Assembly: GCA_001824255.1 (NCBI GenBank)
Contig: MHWQ01000002.1
Span: forward strand, 139,548-203,547
Origin: Candidatus Zambryskibacteria bacterium RIFCSPLOWO2_02_FULL_51_21
GTDB taxonomy: Bacteria; Patescibacteriota; Minisyncoccia; Phycocordibacterales; Zambryskibacteraceae
Length of the DNA: 64,000 bases
Direction: 5' to 3'
Below are positions 18,455 through 27,275 of this stretch, one piece after another. The position numbers were made by a program, and so were the translations under genes. Position 1 is the first letter of the stretch, and each line of letters opens with the position of its first letter. A model generated the notes under the pieces. It was not told where the DNA came from. It worked only from the letters and a program-made list of their open reading frames with translations, and made no database searches.

Positions 18455-18871
18455 ATGAGAAAGATTCGGGACGGGTTATTTCTGGCGCTGGGAATTGTGA
18501 TAATTGCTTGGTCATTTTACGCATTTCTCCAAAAGCATGTCCCCCTGCTAAGGGGGACTATAGGGGGTTTGGTATTGGAAATTGCCAACACCGACGCGGA
18601 AAGGACGCAGGGATTATCGGGCAGAGCATCGCTCCCGGCGGGGACGGGACTTCTCTTTGTTTTCGAAAGCCCGGGCAAATATGGCTTCTGGATGAAGGAT
18701 ATGAATTTTCCCATAGACATCGTCTGGCTCGGCGATGGCATGTTGCCCGTCGGCATCGAGAAGAATGTTTCGCCCGACTCCTATCCGCAAGTTTTTTATC
18801 CGCCAGTACCCGTCAGATACGTTCTGGAAGTGAATGCCGGGGAAAGTAGTGTGTTAGAATTGAATCAATAA
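18455..18871 (+). CDS. DUF192 (COG1430) family protein
   Basis: N-terminal TM. 'GLLFVFESPGKYGFWMKDMNFPIDIVWL' is typical of DUF192. Confidence 0.65.
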   Translation: MRKIRDGLFLALGIVIIAWSFYAFLQKHVPLLRGTIGGLVLEIANTDAERTQGLSGRASLPAGTGLLFVFESPGKYGFWMKDMNFPIDIVWLGDGMLPVGIEKNVSPDSYPQVFYPPVPVRYVLEVNAGESSVLELNQ

Positions 18872-18872
18872 A

Positions 18873-19847
18873 ATGAAAAAAGTACGCGTTGCGATAAACG
18901 GCTTCGGCAGAATCGGCAGAGCGTTTTACAAAATCGCTTCGAAGCGACCGGAGATAGAGATTGTGGCGGTCAATGACCTCGGCAGCAAGGACAATCTCGA
19001 GTATCTCCTGAAGCACGATAGCGTTTACGGCACCTGGGATGGAGCGTTCGACGTCAAATTCCTGCAGGAGAAGGAGCCCGCGAAACTGCCCTGGAAAGAT
19101 TTGGATATAGACGTAGTGGTCGAATCCACGGGCTTCTTCACCACATTTGAGAAGGCCAAGGTGCATCTCGACGCTGGCGCCAAGCGAGTGGTCATCACCG
19201 CCCCGACGAGAGACGACGCGGCCGCGACGGTTCTCATGGGAGTAAACGACGAGAAACTTTCTTCCTGCCAGGTTTCCTCGAACGCTTCCTGCACCACCAA
19301 CGCCGCTTCGCCCCTTATTGCCATCCTCGACGAAGCGCTTGGCATTGAGAAAGCGGTCCTCAACACCGCTCACGGCTACACCGCTTCGCAGTCGCTGGTG
19401 GACGGCCCTTCGAGAAAAGGCATGAGAGAGGGGAGAGCGGCGGCCATAAACATCGTGCCATCCTCGACCGGCGCCGCTATAGCGGTGACAAAGGCGTTTA
19501 CTAAGCTCGACGGACTCTTCGACGGCATTTCTATGCGCGTGCCTGTGGCGGCGGGGTCGCTTGTCGATGTCACTTTTATCGCAAAAAGAAATACCAGCGC
19601 GGAAGAAGTGAACGGGATTCTAAAAAAGGCGGCGGAAGACAAGAGATGGCAGGGAATCTTCGCCGTGACGGAAGAAGAATTGGTGTCATCGGACATTCTC
19701 GGCAGCCCTTACGGCTCTATAGCTGACCTTACTCTCACCCGTGTTGTCGGCGGCAATTTGGTAAAAGTGCTCGCCTGGTACGACAACGAGATGGGGTACG
19801 CTTACACGCTCACAGACCATGTTATAAAAGCGGGTTCACATATCTAA
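18873..19847 (+). CDS. gap: glyceraldehyde-3-phosphate dehydrogenase, type I
   Basis: 'VRVAINGFGRIGR' Rossmann start and 'SCTTN' active-site Cys. Confidence 0.95.
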   Translation: MKKVRVAINGFGRIGRAFYKIASKRPEIEIVAVNDLGSKDNLEYLLKHDSVYGTWDGAFDVKFLQEKEPAKLPWKDLDIDVVVESTGFFTTFEKAKVHLDAGAKRVVITAPTRDDAAATVLMGVNDEKLSSCQVSSNASCTTNAASPLIAILDEALGIEKAVLNTAHGYTASQSLVDGPSRKGMREGRAAAINIVPSSTGAAIAVTKAFTKLDGLFDGISMRVPVAAGSLVDVTFIAKRNTSAEEVNGILKKAAEDKRWQGIFAVTEEELVSSDILGSPYGSIADLTLTRVVGGNLVKVLAWYDNEMGYAYTLTDHVIKAGSHI

Positions 19848-19848
19848 T

Positions 19849-20289
19849 ATGAAAATTTTTATCGGCGGAGACCATGCGGGATTCGAACTCAAAGGAAAGG
19901 TTGTTGAATTTCTGAAAAATGCCGGGCACGAGGTGGTGGATAAAGGTCCGCTTTCTTTCGACCCGGCAGACGATTATCCGGATTTTATAAAATCTGTTGC
20001 GGAAGCAGTTGCCCAAGATGCAGGAGCGAAGGGGGTAGTGATAGGGAAGTCAGGTCAAGGCGAAGCCGTGTGCGCCAATAGGGTCAAGGGCGCGCGGGCA
20101 GCTGTTTACTATGGGGGCTCGATGGAAATCGTACGTCTCTCCCGCGAACACAACGACGCCAATATTCTCTCCCTCGGCGCGGGATTCCTTGGCGAGCGGG
20201 AAGCGCTCGAAGCCGTCGAAACCTGGCTTGCCACACCTTTCTCCGGCGAGGAACGCCATACGAGGCGCATCGAGAAATTAGATATTTAA
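19849..20289 (+). CDS. rpiB: ribose-5-phosphate isomerase B
   Basis: 'MKIFIGGDHAGFELKG', 'CANRVKGARAA'. 146 aa RpiB/LacAB family. Confidence 0.9.
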   Translation: MKIFIGGDHAGFELKGKVVEFLKNAGHEVVDKGPLSFDPADDYPDFIKSVAEAVAQDAGAKGVVIGKSGQGEAVCANRVKGARAAVYYGGSMEIVRLSREHNDANILSLGAGFLGEREALEAVETWLATPFSGEERHTRRIEKLDI

Positions 20290-20290
20290 T

Positions 20291-20851
20291 ATGCACGAGA
20301 TTATTCCCGCCATTTTGCCGCATACACAGGAAGAGCTTGAAAAGAGTTTGAGCGAATTGCCGGCTTCCATCACATTCTTCCACATGGACGTGCTTGAGGA
20401 GGACATCTGGACCGACAAGAACACCAGAGATTTCGAAGTGCATCTCATGGTGGAAGAGCCGGAAAAGATTTTGCCAGTCTGGGTTGAGCGGGGAGCCAAG
20501 AGAATCAGCATTCATAAGCCCTCGGCCGCTCTGGCCAAGTACCGGGACAAGGCGGAGATTGGCTATGCCGTGAATATTGATAAGCCGCTCGAAGAATTCA
20601 TGCCATTCTTCGACTTTGTGGACTTCATACACCTCATGTCGATTGATGATATCGGCAAACAAGGCGAGCCCTTGGACGAGAAAATCTTTGATAGAATTAA
20701 ACTCCTGCAGGAGAAATTTCCCGACAAGCCCATCGCCGTCGACGGGGGAGTGAACGTGAATAATTACCAGAAACTTCTGGAAGTCGGCGCCGACCGGCTG
20801 GTGGTGGGCTCGCACTTCAAAGAATTATGGAACTCTCTGACGAAAGAATAA
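20291..20851 (+). CDS. rpe: ribulose-phosphate 3-epimerase (shortened, divergent)
   Basis: Aligns by eye to Rpe: 'IIPAIL'~IAPSIL, 'HMDVLE'~HFDVMD, 'VHLMVEEP'~VHLMVKP, 'IHLMSID'~ILLMSVNPG, 'AVDGGVNVNN'~EVDGGVKVNN. Confidence 0.65.
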   Translation: MHEIIPAILPHTQEELEKSLSELPASITFFHMDVLEEDIWTDKNTRDFEVHLMVEEPEKILPVWVERGAKRISIHKPSAALAKYRDKAEIGYAVNIDKPLEEFMPFFDFVDFIHLMSIDDIGKQGEPLDEKIFDRIKLLQEKFPDKPIAVDGGVNVNNYQKLLEVGADRLVVGSHFKELWNSLTKE

Positions 20852-21693
20852 AAGAATTGGCCGCCAAGGCCAATGACATCCGTGTCTCCCTCATTGAGGC
20901 CTTGGTGAACGCCGGCTCCGGCCACACCGCGGGGCCTCTCGACATGGCGGACATTTTTACCGTCTTATTTTTCCATACTCTCAAACACAAGCCAAAGAAG
21001 CCAGACTGGCCCGAACGCGACCGTTTGGTGCTCTCGAACGGCCACATCTGCCCGGTACTCTACTCCGCCATGGCTCACGCGGGCTACTTCCCACTCGAAG
21101 AGCTCAAAACTTTGCGCAAATTCGGCTCGCGCCTCCAGGGCCATCCGCACAGAGATTTCCTGCCAATGCTCGAGACCAGTTCCGGACCTCTGGGCTCGGG
21201 ACTATCGCAGGCGGTGGGCATGGCTATCGCCGACAAGATGGATTACGGCCTCACCAGTTCGCGCCGCATCTACGCGCTCCTTTCCGACGGAGAACTCGAA
21301 TGCGGCCAGACCTGGGAAGCGGCTATGCTCGCGGGCAAGGAGAAGCTTCACAACCTCACCGCCGTCGTGGACCGGAACAATATCCAGATAGACGGCTACA
21401 CCGAGAACGTCATGCCTTTGGAATCGCTCTCGGATAAGTGGCGGGCCTGGAACTGGCATGTGATTGAGATTGACGGACACAATATCGAGGAAATCGCCGA
21501 CGCCTTCGAGGCGGCGAAGTCCGTCTTCGGCCAGCCGACTGTCATCATCGCTCACACCATTGCCGGCAAGGGGGTGAAAGAATTCGAAAGGGATTACCGC
21601 TGGCACGGCAAACCGCCGAGCCCGGAGGAGGGAAGAGTCGCCCTCCACGAACTCCGCACCCTGGGCGGGAAGATCAGGTCAGAACACCAGTGA
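20827..21693 (+). CDS. tktA: transketolase, N-terminal (TPP-binding) subunit
   Basis: Split transketolase: 'GSGHTAGPLDMADI', 'VLSNGH', 'GPLGSGLSQAVGMA', 'SDGELECGQTWEA'. Confidence 0.9.
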   Translation: MELSDERIKELAAKANDIRVSLIEALVNAGSGHTAGPLDMADIFTVLFFHTLKHKPKKPDWPERDRLVLSNGHICPVLYSAMAHAGYFPLEELKTLRKFGSRLQGHPHRDFLPMLETSSGPLGSGLSQAVGMAIADKMDYGLTSSRRIYALLSDGELECGQTWEAAMLAGKEKLHNLTAVVDRNNIQIDGYTENVMPLESLSDKWRAWNWHVIEIDGHNIEEIADAFEAAKSVFGQPTVIIAHTIAGKGVKEFERDYRWHGKPPSPEEGRVALHELRTLGGKIRSEHQ

Positions 21694-22673
21694 TGCTGAA
21701 CCCCAATTTAAAACTGAATAAAAAGATTTTTGACAAGGATATCGAGCAGATTCCTATTCGAAAGGGATTCGGTCAAGGACTCCTGGCCGCTGGAGAGAAA
21801 GACCCCAGAGTGGTCGTGCTCTGCGCCGACCTTACGGAATCCGCGCAGGCAATCTTTTTCAAAGAGAAGTTTCCGAACCGCTTCGTCGAGTTGGGCGTTG
21901 CGGAGCAGAACATGGCTTCGGTTGCGAGCGGCATGGCGGCTATGGGCAAGATTCCCTTCATCACTTCCTACGCCATGTTCTCTCCGGGCAGGAACTGGGA
22001 ACAGGTTCGCACCACCATCTGCTACAACGACAGACCTGTAAAGATTGCCGGCTCTCACGCGGGCATCTCCGTCGGCCCGGACGGCGGCACGCATCAGGCC
22101 ATCGAGGATATGGCTATTACCAGAGTCCTGCCGCGTATGGTTGTAATCTCGCCCTGTGATGCCATAGAAGCCAGGAAAGCTACGGAAGCCGCGGCAGAGA
22201 CCGACACGCCCGTTTATATACGCCTGGCGCGGGAGAAGACGCCGGTTATGACGACGGACAAAACACCTTTCAAAATTGGCCTTGCTCAAACTGTCTGGCA
22301 GGGTAATAAACCGAAGGTAGGAATTATTGCCACCGGCGCGCTTCTCTATCAGGCCCTTCTCGCCGCAAAAGAATTGAAGGAGAAAAAGATTGAAGTTGAG
22401 GTGATGAATCTCTCGACCATTAAACCGCTTGATAAAAAATCGATTGTCGCTCTCGCCAATAGGGTAGAGGGTATCGTTACAGTTGAAGAACATCAGATAA
22501 ACGGTGGTATGGGTTCGGCAGTCGCCGAATGCCTCGCCGAGCACAGACCGACTCCTATGCGCTTCATAGGCGTCCACGACAAATTCGGCCAGTCCGGCAC
22601 CCCAGACGAGCTTATCAAGCATTACAGCATGGACGCCAAGGCCATCATCGAAGCGGCAAAAGAATTAATTTAA
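21690..22673 (+). CDS. tktB: transketolase, C-terminal (pyrimidine-binding) subunit
   Basis: 4-nt overlap with the upstream subunit. 'RKGFGQGL', 'FVELGVAEQNMASVASGMA', 'GPDGGTHQAIEDMA'. Confidence 0.9.
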   Translation: MMLNPNLKLNKKIFDKDIEQIPIRKGFGQGLLAAGEKDPRVVVLCADLTESAQAIFFKEKFPNRFVELGVAEQNMASVASGMAAMGKIPFITSYAMFSPGRNWEQVRTTICYNDRPVKIAGSHAGISVGPDGGTHQAIEDMAITRVLPRMVVISPCDAIEARKATEAAAETDTPVYIRLAREKTPVMTTDKTPFKIGLAQTVWQGNKPKVGIIATGALLYQALLAAKELKEKKIEVEVMNLSTIKPLDKKSIVALANRVEGIVTVEEHQINGGMGSAVAECLAEHRPTPMRFIGVHDKFGQSGTPDELIKHYSMDAKAIIEAAKELI

Positions 22674-22682
22674 GATATCCCC

Positions 22683-23062
22683 AGGTTCTGCACATTTTCT
22701 CCACAATTAATTATTTGACGCGATTCTGCGTTGGGAATATAAATAACATTAGAGACTGCTCGAAGAAAACAACAGTGATTCCCGAAGACTCCCGCAAGGA
22801 TGAGTCTAAACCTCACAAGAGGGACTAAGGGGGAAGAGCCCAAACCAAGGACCGCAGCACCAACTGCGGACACCAGGGGTCGTAGGAGCGGGCTAGGGTG
22901 CAAAACCCGGCAAGTTACAAACCAGTTCGAAAGCACTGGCTTGCGATCCGCTTCCTGGCTGCGTAAATGCAGCACACCACCTGACCCGTAAGGGCAGGTA
23001 AGGCTAAATCGAGCATCGCTCTGTCCTCAAACGCCACGACTTCAAATCGTGGCGTTCGCTTT
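22683..23062 (+). ncRNA. candidate structured noncoding RNA (family unassigned) ending in an intrinsic terminator
   Basis: 380 nt with only short overlapping ORFs and no RBS. Internal hairpins ('agactcccgcaaggatgagtct'). 3' hairpin 'aacgccacgacttcaaatcgtggcgtt' + cgcttttta. Confidence 0.25.
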
Positions 23063-24046
23063 TTATAAAACTTTTGTTTCGAATTCTGGGGAAGCTGATT
23101 TAAGATATTCCTCGATTTTTTCGCGGGAGAGGAGGCCGCGCTGGGCGCCGAGCTCCTGGCAGACCGACATAGCATTTACCGAAGCCCATTTGAGAGCCGT
23201 GGGGAGATCGTTTCCAAGCGCAAGGGCTGCCACCGTAGTGGACGCAAAGGCGTCTCCGGCGCCGGTCCTGTCATAAGCCGGTTTCTGGTCCGGATAAGCG
23301 GGCTGGAAATACATTTTGCTCCCATCGTAAGCGTACGCGCCTTTCGGCCCAGCGGTAATAACTACAATTTCCGGCCCCAAGTCTCTCATCCTCTTCAAAA
23401 GTTCTTGCGGACCTAGAGTATCGATGCCGAGAATTCTCTCGGCTTCCTCGGTATTACAGAAAAATATTTTCGTCTTTTTATAAATTTCTCCCAGCCCTTC
23501 GGTGCTGAGAGAGATTTGGAAAGTGCCCGGCTGGAAAGCGAGATTAACCTCGAGATTATTCCTGACATAATCGGCAATAGCGCCGTGATAGGCAATAGTG
23601 TCTTCGCCGAGAGAAGAGAGATAGAGCCATTTCGGCTTACCGATATCGGGCAGAATACGCTCATACTCCTGGTGCTTCACCAGAATCGTCCTGTCATGCT
23701 CGTACCAGAGAACATAGTGGTAATTCGACTTTTTGCCGGCGTGGATGGAGACAAATTGCGTATCCACACTTTCGCTTGTAAGGGTCTCGAGACATCGATG
23801 GCCGTAGCTGTCATCGCCCAAGTTCGTGACAAGCGCTGACTTGAGCCCGAGCCGCGCGGCGGCAACGCTTGCGTTGGGAGAGTTGCCCACGGCGCTGATT
23901 TCTTCGACCGATTCGTAAGGAATCTTATCGCCGAAAGCCATGCAAATCTGGCATTTCTCGTCATTCACGTCGCAATGGACGGAGGCATCCTTGAGCTTGA
24001 TGAAGGCGTCGGTCGTGATATCGCCAATCGCTATAAAGTCGTGCAT
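23063..24046 (-). CDS. PfkB-family carbohydrate kinase (ribokinase/fructokinase-like)
   Basis: Start trimmed to 'MHDFIAIGDITTDAF'. C-terminal 'DRTGAGDAFASTTVAALALG' PfkB signature 2. Divergent from fba. Confidence 0.8.
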   Translation of the reverse strand: MHDFIAIGDITTDAFIKLKDASVHCDVNDEKCQICMAFGDKIPYESVEEISAVGNSPNASVAAARLGLKSALVTNLGDDSYGHRCLETLTSESVDTQFVSIHAGKKSNYHYVLWYEHDRTILVKHQEYERILPDIGKPKWLYLSSLGEDTIAYHGAIADYVRNNLEVNLAFQPGTFQISLSTEGLGEIYKKTKIFFCNTEEAERILGIDTLGPQELLKRMRDLGPEIVVITAGPKGAYAYDGSKMYFQPAYPDQKPAYDRTGAGDAFASTTVAALALGNDLPTALKWASVNAMSVCQELGAQRGLLSREKIEEYLKSASPEFETKVL

Positions 24047-24062
24047 TTGATAAAATAATAAC

Positions 24063-24893
24063 ATGAAATCTTTGCAGGAATGCATCACGGAGGCGGAAAA
24101 GAAAGGGGTGGCGATAGGGCACTTCAATATTTCTGATTCAGAAGGTTTTAAAGCGGTGGCAGAAGCTGCGAAGCAGCTTCTAGTTCCCGTCATCATTGGC
24201 GTCTCCGAAGGCGAGAGGGAATTCATAGGCCTCAAAGAAGTAGCGGCGCTCGTCCAGGTGGCGAGAGAAAGCGGCATGGAAATATTTCTCAATGCCGACC
24301 ATCACTACTCGGTCGAGAAGGCGAAGCAGGCGATAGATGCGGGAGTGGATAGTGTCATCATAGACGCCGCTGATAAAACTCTGGAAGAAAATATCGCTGT
24401 TACCCAAGAGATTGTCCAGTACGCGGGCGGACGAGCGTTGGTTGAAGGGGAGGTTGGATTTATAGGTAAATCGTCAAAGATTCTTGAGGAAGTGCCAGAA
24501 GGAATCTCGAAAACTAGTCCAGACGAAGCCGAACTCTTCGTCAAATCCACAGGCATTGACCTACTTGCGCCTGCTGTTGGCAACGTACACGGAATAATAA
24601 AGACCGGGGAACCCAAGCTAGACATTGAGCTTATCAGAGCTATCCGCGAGAAGGTAAGGGTGCCTCTTGTCCTCCACGGCGCTTCCGGTAACTCTGACGA
24701 AGACCTGAAGGCCGCGATAAAAGCGGGCGTGAGTATTATCCACATCAATACAGAGCTTCGGCTCGCCTACAAAGAAGGTATCGAGGAGGGCATCAAATCC
24801 GGCGAAGTGGCACCATACAAGTTTATGAAGGAGGCGGTCGAGAATATGAAGGAAGTGGTGGTGAAGAAGCTCAAACTTTTCAATAATTTATGA
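24063..24893 (+). CDS. fba: class II fructose-bisphosphate aldolase family protein
   Basis: 'GVAIGHFNISD', 'LNADHHYS', 'HGASG' blocks of the class II (Zn) aldolase/TBP aldolase family. Confidence 0.8.
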   Translation: MKSLQECITEAEKKGVAIGHFNISDSEGFKAVAEAAKQLLVPVIIGVSEGEREFIGLKEVAALVQVARESGMEIFLNADHHYSVEKAKQAIDAGVDSVIIDAADKTLEENIAVTQEIVQYAGGRALVEGEVGFIGKSSKILEEVPEGISKTSPDEAELFVKSTGIDLLAPAVGNVHGIIKTGEPKLDIELIRAIREKVRVPLVLHGASGNSDEDLKAAIKAGVSIIHINTELRLAYKEGIEEGIKSGEVAPYKFMKEAVENMKEVVVKKLKLFNNL

Positions 24894-26518
24894 GAAATCT
24901 GGTAGAGGCGTTGATAAAAGAGCTTGGGGGAGAAGTATTCGATGACGCGGAAACGCTTGAGAAGTACAGCCGGGATGCGAGCCTTTTCAAAGTGAAACCG
25001 AGTATCGTCGTTTTCCCGAAAAACGCCGAGGATATAAAAAGACTGGTCCGCTTCGCGCATGACCACAAATCCATTGACCCCGACTTCTCCATCACAGCGC
25101 GGGCGGCCGGCTCAGATATGTCCGGTGGACCGCTCGGAGAGTCTGTCGTCATTGATGTCACGAAACATATGAATAAAATCGGTGATGTCGGGCAGAGAGA
25201 CATAACCGTTGAACCGGGAGTGTTTTACCGGGATTTCGAGAAGAAAACTCTGGCCGGAAACCTGATTCTCCCATGCTATCCGGCTTCGAAGAGTATGTGC
25301 GCGCTTGGGGGCATGATAGGAAACAACTGCGCCGGAGAGAAGACTCTCCGCTATGGCAAGATGGAGGATTATATCGTGGAATCAAAATGGGTCTTCGCCG
25401 ACGGGCAAGAATATGTAATCAAGAAAGGAGTTATAGATAATCCATACAGTCAGCAAATCTTCGATTTGATAAAAAATAATCAAAAAATTATTGAGGAAGC
25501 CAGGCCGCAAGTTTCGAAGAATTCCGCCGGATATTACTTATGGAATGTCTTTGACCTGCCTGCCGGCAGGCAGGCGGCAGAACCAGTTTTCGACCTCAAT
25601 AAACTCTTGGTCGGCTCGCAAGGAACGTTGGGAATTATGACCGAGGCGACTGTACGGCTTGTGCCGGTCGAGAAGGCCTCCAAACTCTTCGTCGTCTTCC
25701 TCCACGACATCTCACCTCTGCCAAGACTCATAAACGCTATTCTTCCGACCAAGCCGGATTCCATCGAATCCTATGACGACGCAACGCTCAAGCTCGCGGC
25801 GCGCTTCTTCCCGCAGATGTTGAAGAGCATGAAGCCGCGCCACTTTCTCTCACTCATGTGGTCCTTCATACCCGAAGCACTCATGATGCTTAGGGGCGGC
25901 ATACCAAAGATGGTAATACTTATCGAGTACTCCGGCGCGACAAAGAGGGAAGTGGACGATAAAATCGAGGGATTGGAAAAACTCATCCGTCCCTTCAAAC
26001 TCGTTTCGAGAAAAACCATTTCCGAAGAAGAATCCGAGAAGTACTGGACGGTGCGGCGGGAGAGCTTCAACCTCCTGCGCAAGCACGTGCATGGCAAGCG
26101 CACCGCGCCCTTCGTCGACGACGTGGTGGTGAAGCCCGAACACATGACGGAATTTCTGCCGAGGATGAAGGCGATTCTCGATGAATATAAAATGACTTAT
26201 ACTATCGCCGGCCATGCGGGCAACGGCAACTTCCACATCATCCCGCTCATGAATATGAAAGACAAAAGGAATGTGGCGATTATCAAAGAGGCGGGGGAGA
26301 GAGTCTACGACCTCGTTCGCGAGTTCAAAGGCTCCATTACCGGCGAGCACAATGACGGCATCGTGAGAACGCCCTACCTCGGCAAGATGTATTCGCCGGA
26401 AATTCTCGAACTTTTCAAACAAGTGAAGCACATTTTCGACCCCCTCAACATCTTCAACCCCGGCAAGAAAGTCGGCGGGACGATAGAATATCTGGAATCC
26501 CATATCGCAATTGAATAA
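24890..26518 (+). CDS. FAD-linked oxidase (GlcD / D-lactate dehydrogenase-like)
   Basis: PCMH-type FAD-binding N-domain ('VVFPKNAEDIKRLVRFA', 'RAAGSDMSGG'). C-terminal FAD-oxidase_C ('GEHNDGIVR'). Confidence 0.8.
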   Translation: MRNLVEALIKELGGEVFDDAETLEKYSRDASLFKVKPSIVVFPKNAEDIKRLVRFAHDHKSIDPDFSITARAAGSDMSGGPLGESVVIDVTKHMNKIGDVGQRDITVEPGVFYRDFEKKTLAGNLILPCYPASKSMCALGGMIGNNCAGEKTLRYGKMEDYIVESKWVFADGQEYVIKKGVIDNPYSQQIFDLIKNNQKIIEEARPQVSKNSAGYYLWNVFDLPAGRQAAEPVFDLNKLLVGSQGTLGIMTEATVRLVPVEKASKLFVVFLHDISPLPRLINAILPTKPDSIESYDDATLKLAARFFPQMLKSMKPRHFLSLMWSFIPEALMMLRGGIPKMVILIEYSGATKREVDDKIEGLEKLIRPFKLVSRKTISEEESEKYWTVRRESFNLLRKHVHGKRTAPFVDDVVVKPEHMTEFLPRMKAILDEYKMTYTIAGHAGNGNFHIIPLMNMKDKRNVAIIKEAGERVYDLVREFKGSITGEHNDGIVRTPYLGKMYSPEILELFKQVKHIFDPLNIFNPGKKVGGTIEYLESHIAIE

Positions 26519-26573
26519 AAGTTGTTAAGCAAAGCCTCTTTTCTTTTGCCTAAACTTGGGTTAAAATGGCTCC

Positions 26574-27269
26574 ATGCTTACTTTGAAGGCAGATATACGG
26601 GATACACATACTGAACCGGAAGAGGTCAGAAAAGCGGGACAAATTCCCGCAGTCTTTTATGGCAAGAAGGAAGCATCCACCCCCATTTCCGTCCCGAAAA
26701 CGGAATTTCTGAAGGTTTGGAAAGAGGCGGGTGAGTCAACAGTCGTTACATTAAACACCCCGGACGGGGTCAAGGAAAGTCTGATTCAGGACGTAGACAT
26801 AGACCCGGTCACGGGCGCACCGCGCCACGCCGATTTCTATGTCTTCGAGAAGGGCCATAAGGTGGAGGTTGAACTGCCGATAGAATTTGCCGGCGTCTCC
26901 GCGGCGGTCAAGGACTTGGGCGGCGTCCTCGTCAAGGTTTTCCATGAATTGAAGGTCGAGGCGCAGCCCAAAGACTTGCCACACTCGATTGAGGCGGATA
27001 TCACTTCACTTGCAAACTTCGGCGACCAGATTCTCGCCAGAGACATCACGCTGCCCAAGGGCGTTGAACTCAGGGTGAATCCGGATGAAGTCATTGCCAC
27101 CGTTTCCGCTCCGCGCGAGGAGAAGGAAGAGGAAGTGGTACCTATCGACCTCGAATCCATCGAAGTTTCTGAAGAAAGAGGCAAGAAAGAGGATTCAGAA
27201 ACGACAGAAGATTCGGAAGCTTCCGTTGTCGCTTCCGAAAACCAACGGACTCAAAAGAAAGGGGAATAA
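26574..27269 (+). CDS. rplY: 50S ribosomal protein L25 (Ctc form, acidic C-terminal tail)
   Basis: 'LKADIRDTHTEPEEVRKAGQIPAVFYGK'. TTGCCT-17-TAAAAT promoter upstream. Confidence 0.85.
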   Translation: MLTLKADIRDTHTEPEEVRKAGQIPAVFYGKKEASTPISVPKTEFLKVWKEAGESTVVTLNTPDGVKESLIQDVDIDPVTGAPRHADFYVFEKGHKVEVELPIEFAGVSAAVKDLGGVLVKVFHELKVEAQPKDLPHSIEADITSLANFGDQILARDITLPKGVELRVNPDEVIATVSAPREEKEEEVVPIDLESIEVSEERGKKEDSETTEDSEASVVASENQRTQKKGE

Positions 27270-27275
27270 TCCCAA

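Noticed and set aside
22529-22828. 99-aa + ORF spanning the tktB end and the intergenic region
   Set aside because: Out-of-frame overlap with tktB. Arg/His/Pro-rich. No RBS.
22683-23062. RNase P RNA, tmRNA or SRP RNA identity for the long spacer
   Set aside because: I looked for the P4 halves (AGGAAAGUCCGGGCU / ACAGAACCCGGCUUA), a tmRNA tag-reading frame with a GGTTCGANTCC T-arm, and the SRP domain-IV GGAA/AGCAG motifs. Only partial resemblances were found (for example AAAACCCGGCAAGUUA). No family assignment is justified without a covariance-model search.
23063-24292. N-terminal 82-aa extension of the PfkB kinase ORF
   Set aside because: The extension runs antisense into the fba coding region. 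A canonical kinase start (MHDFIAIGD) exists at 24046 with a divergent-promoter arrangement.
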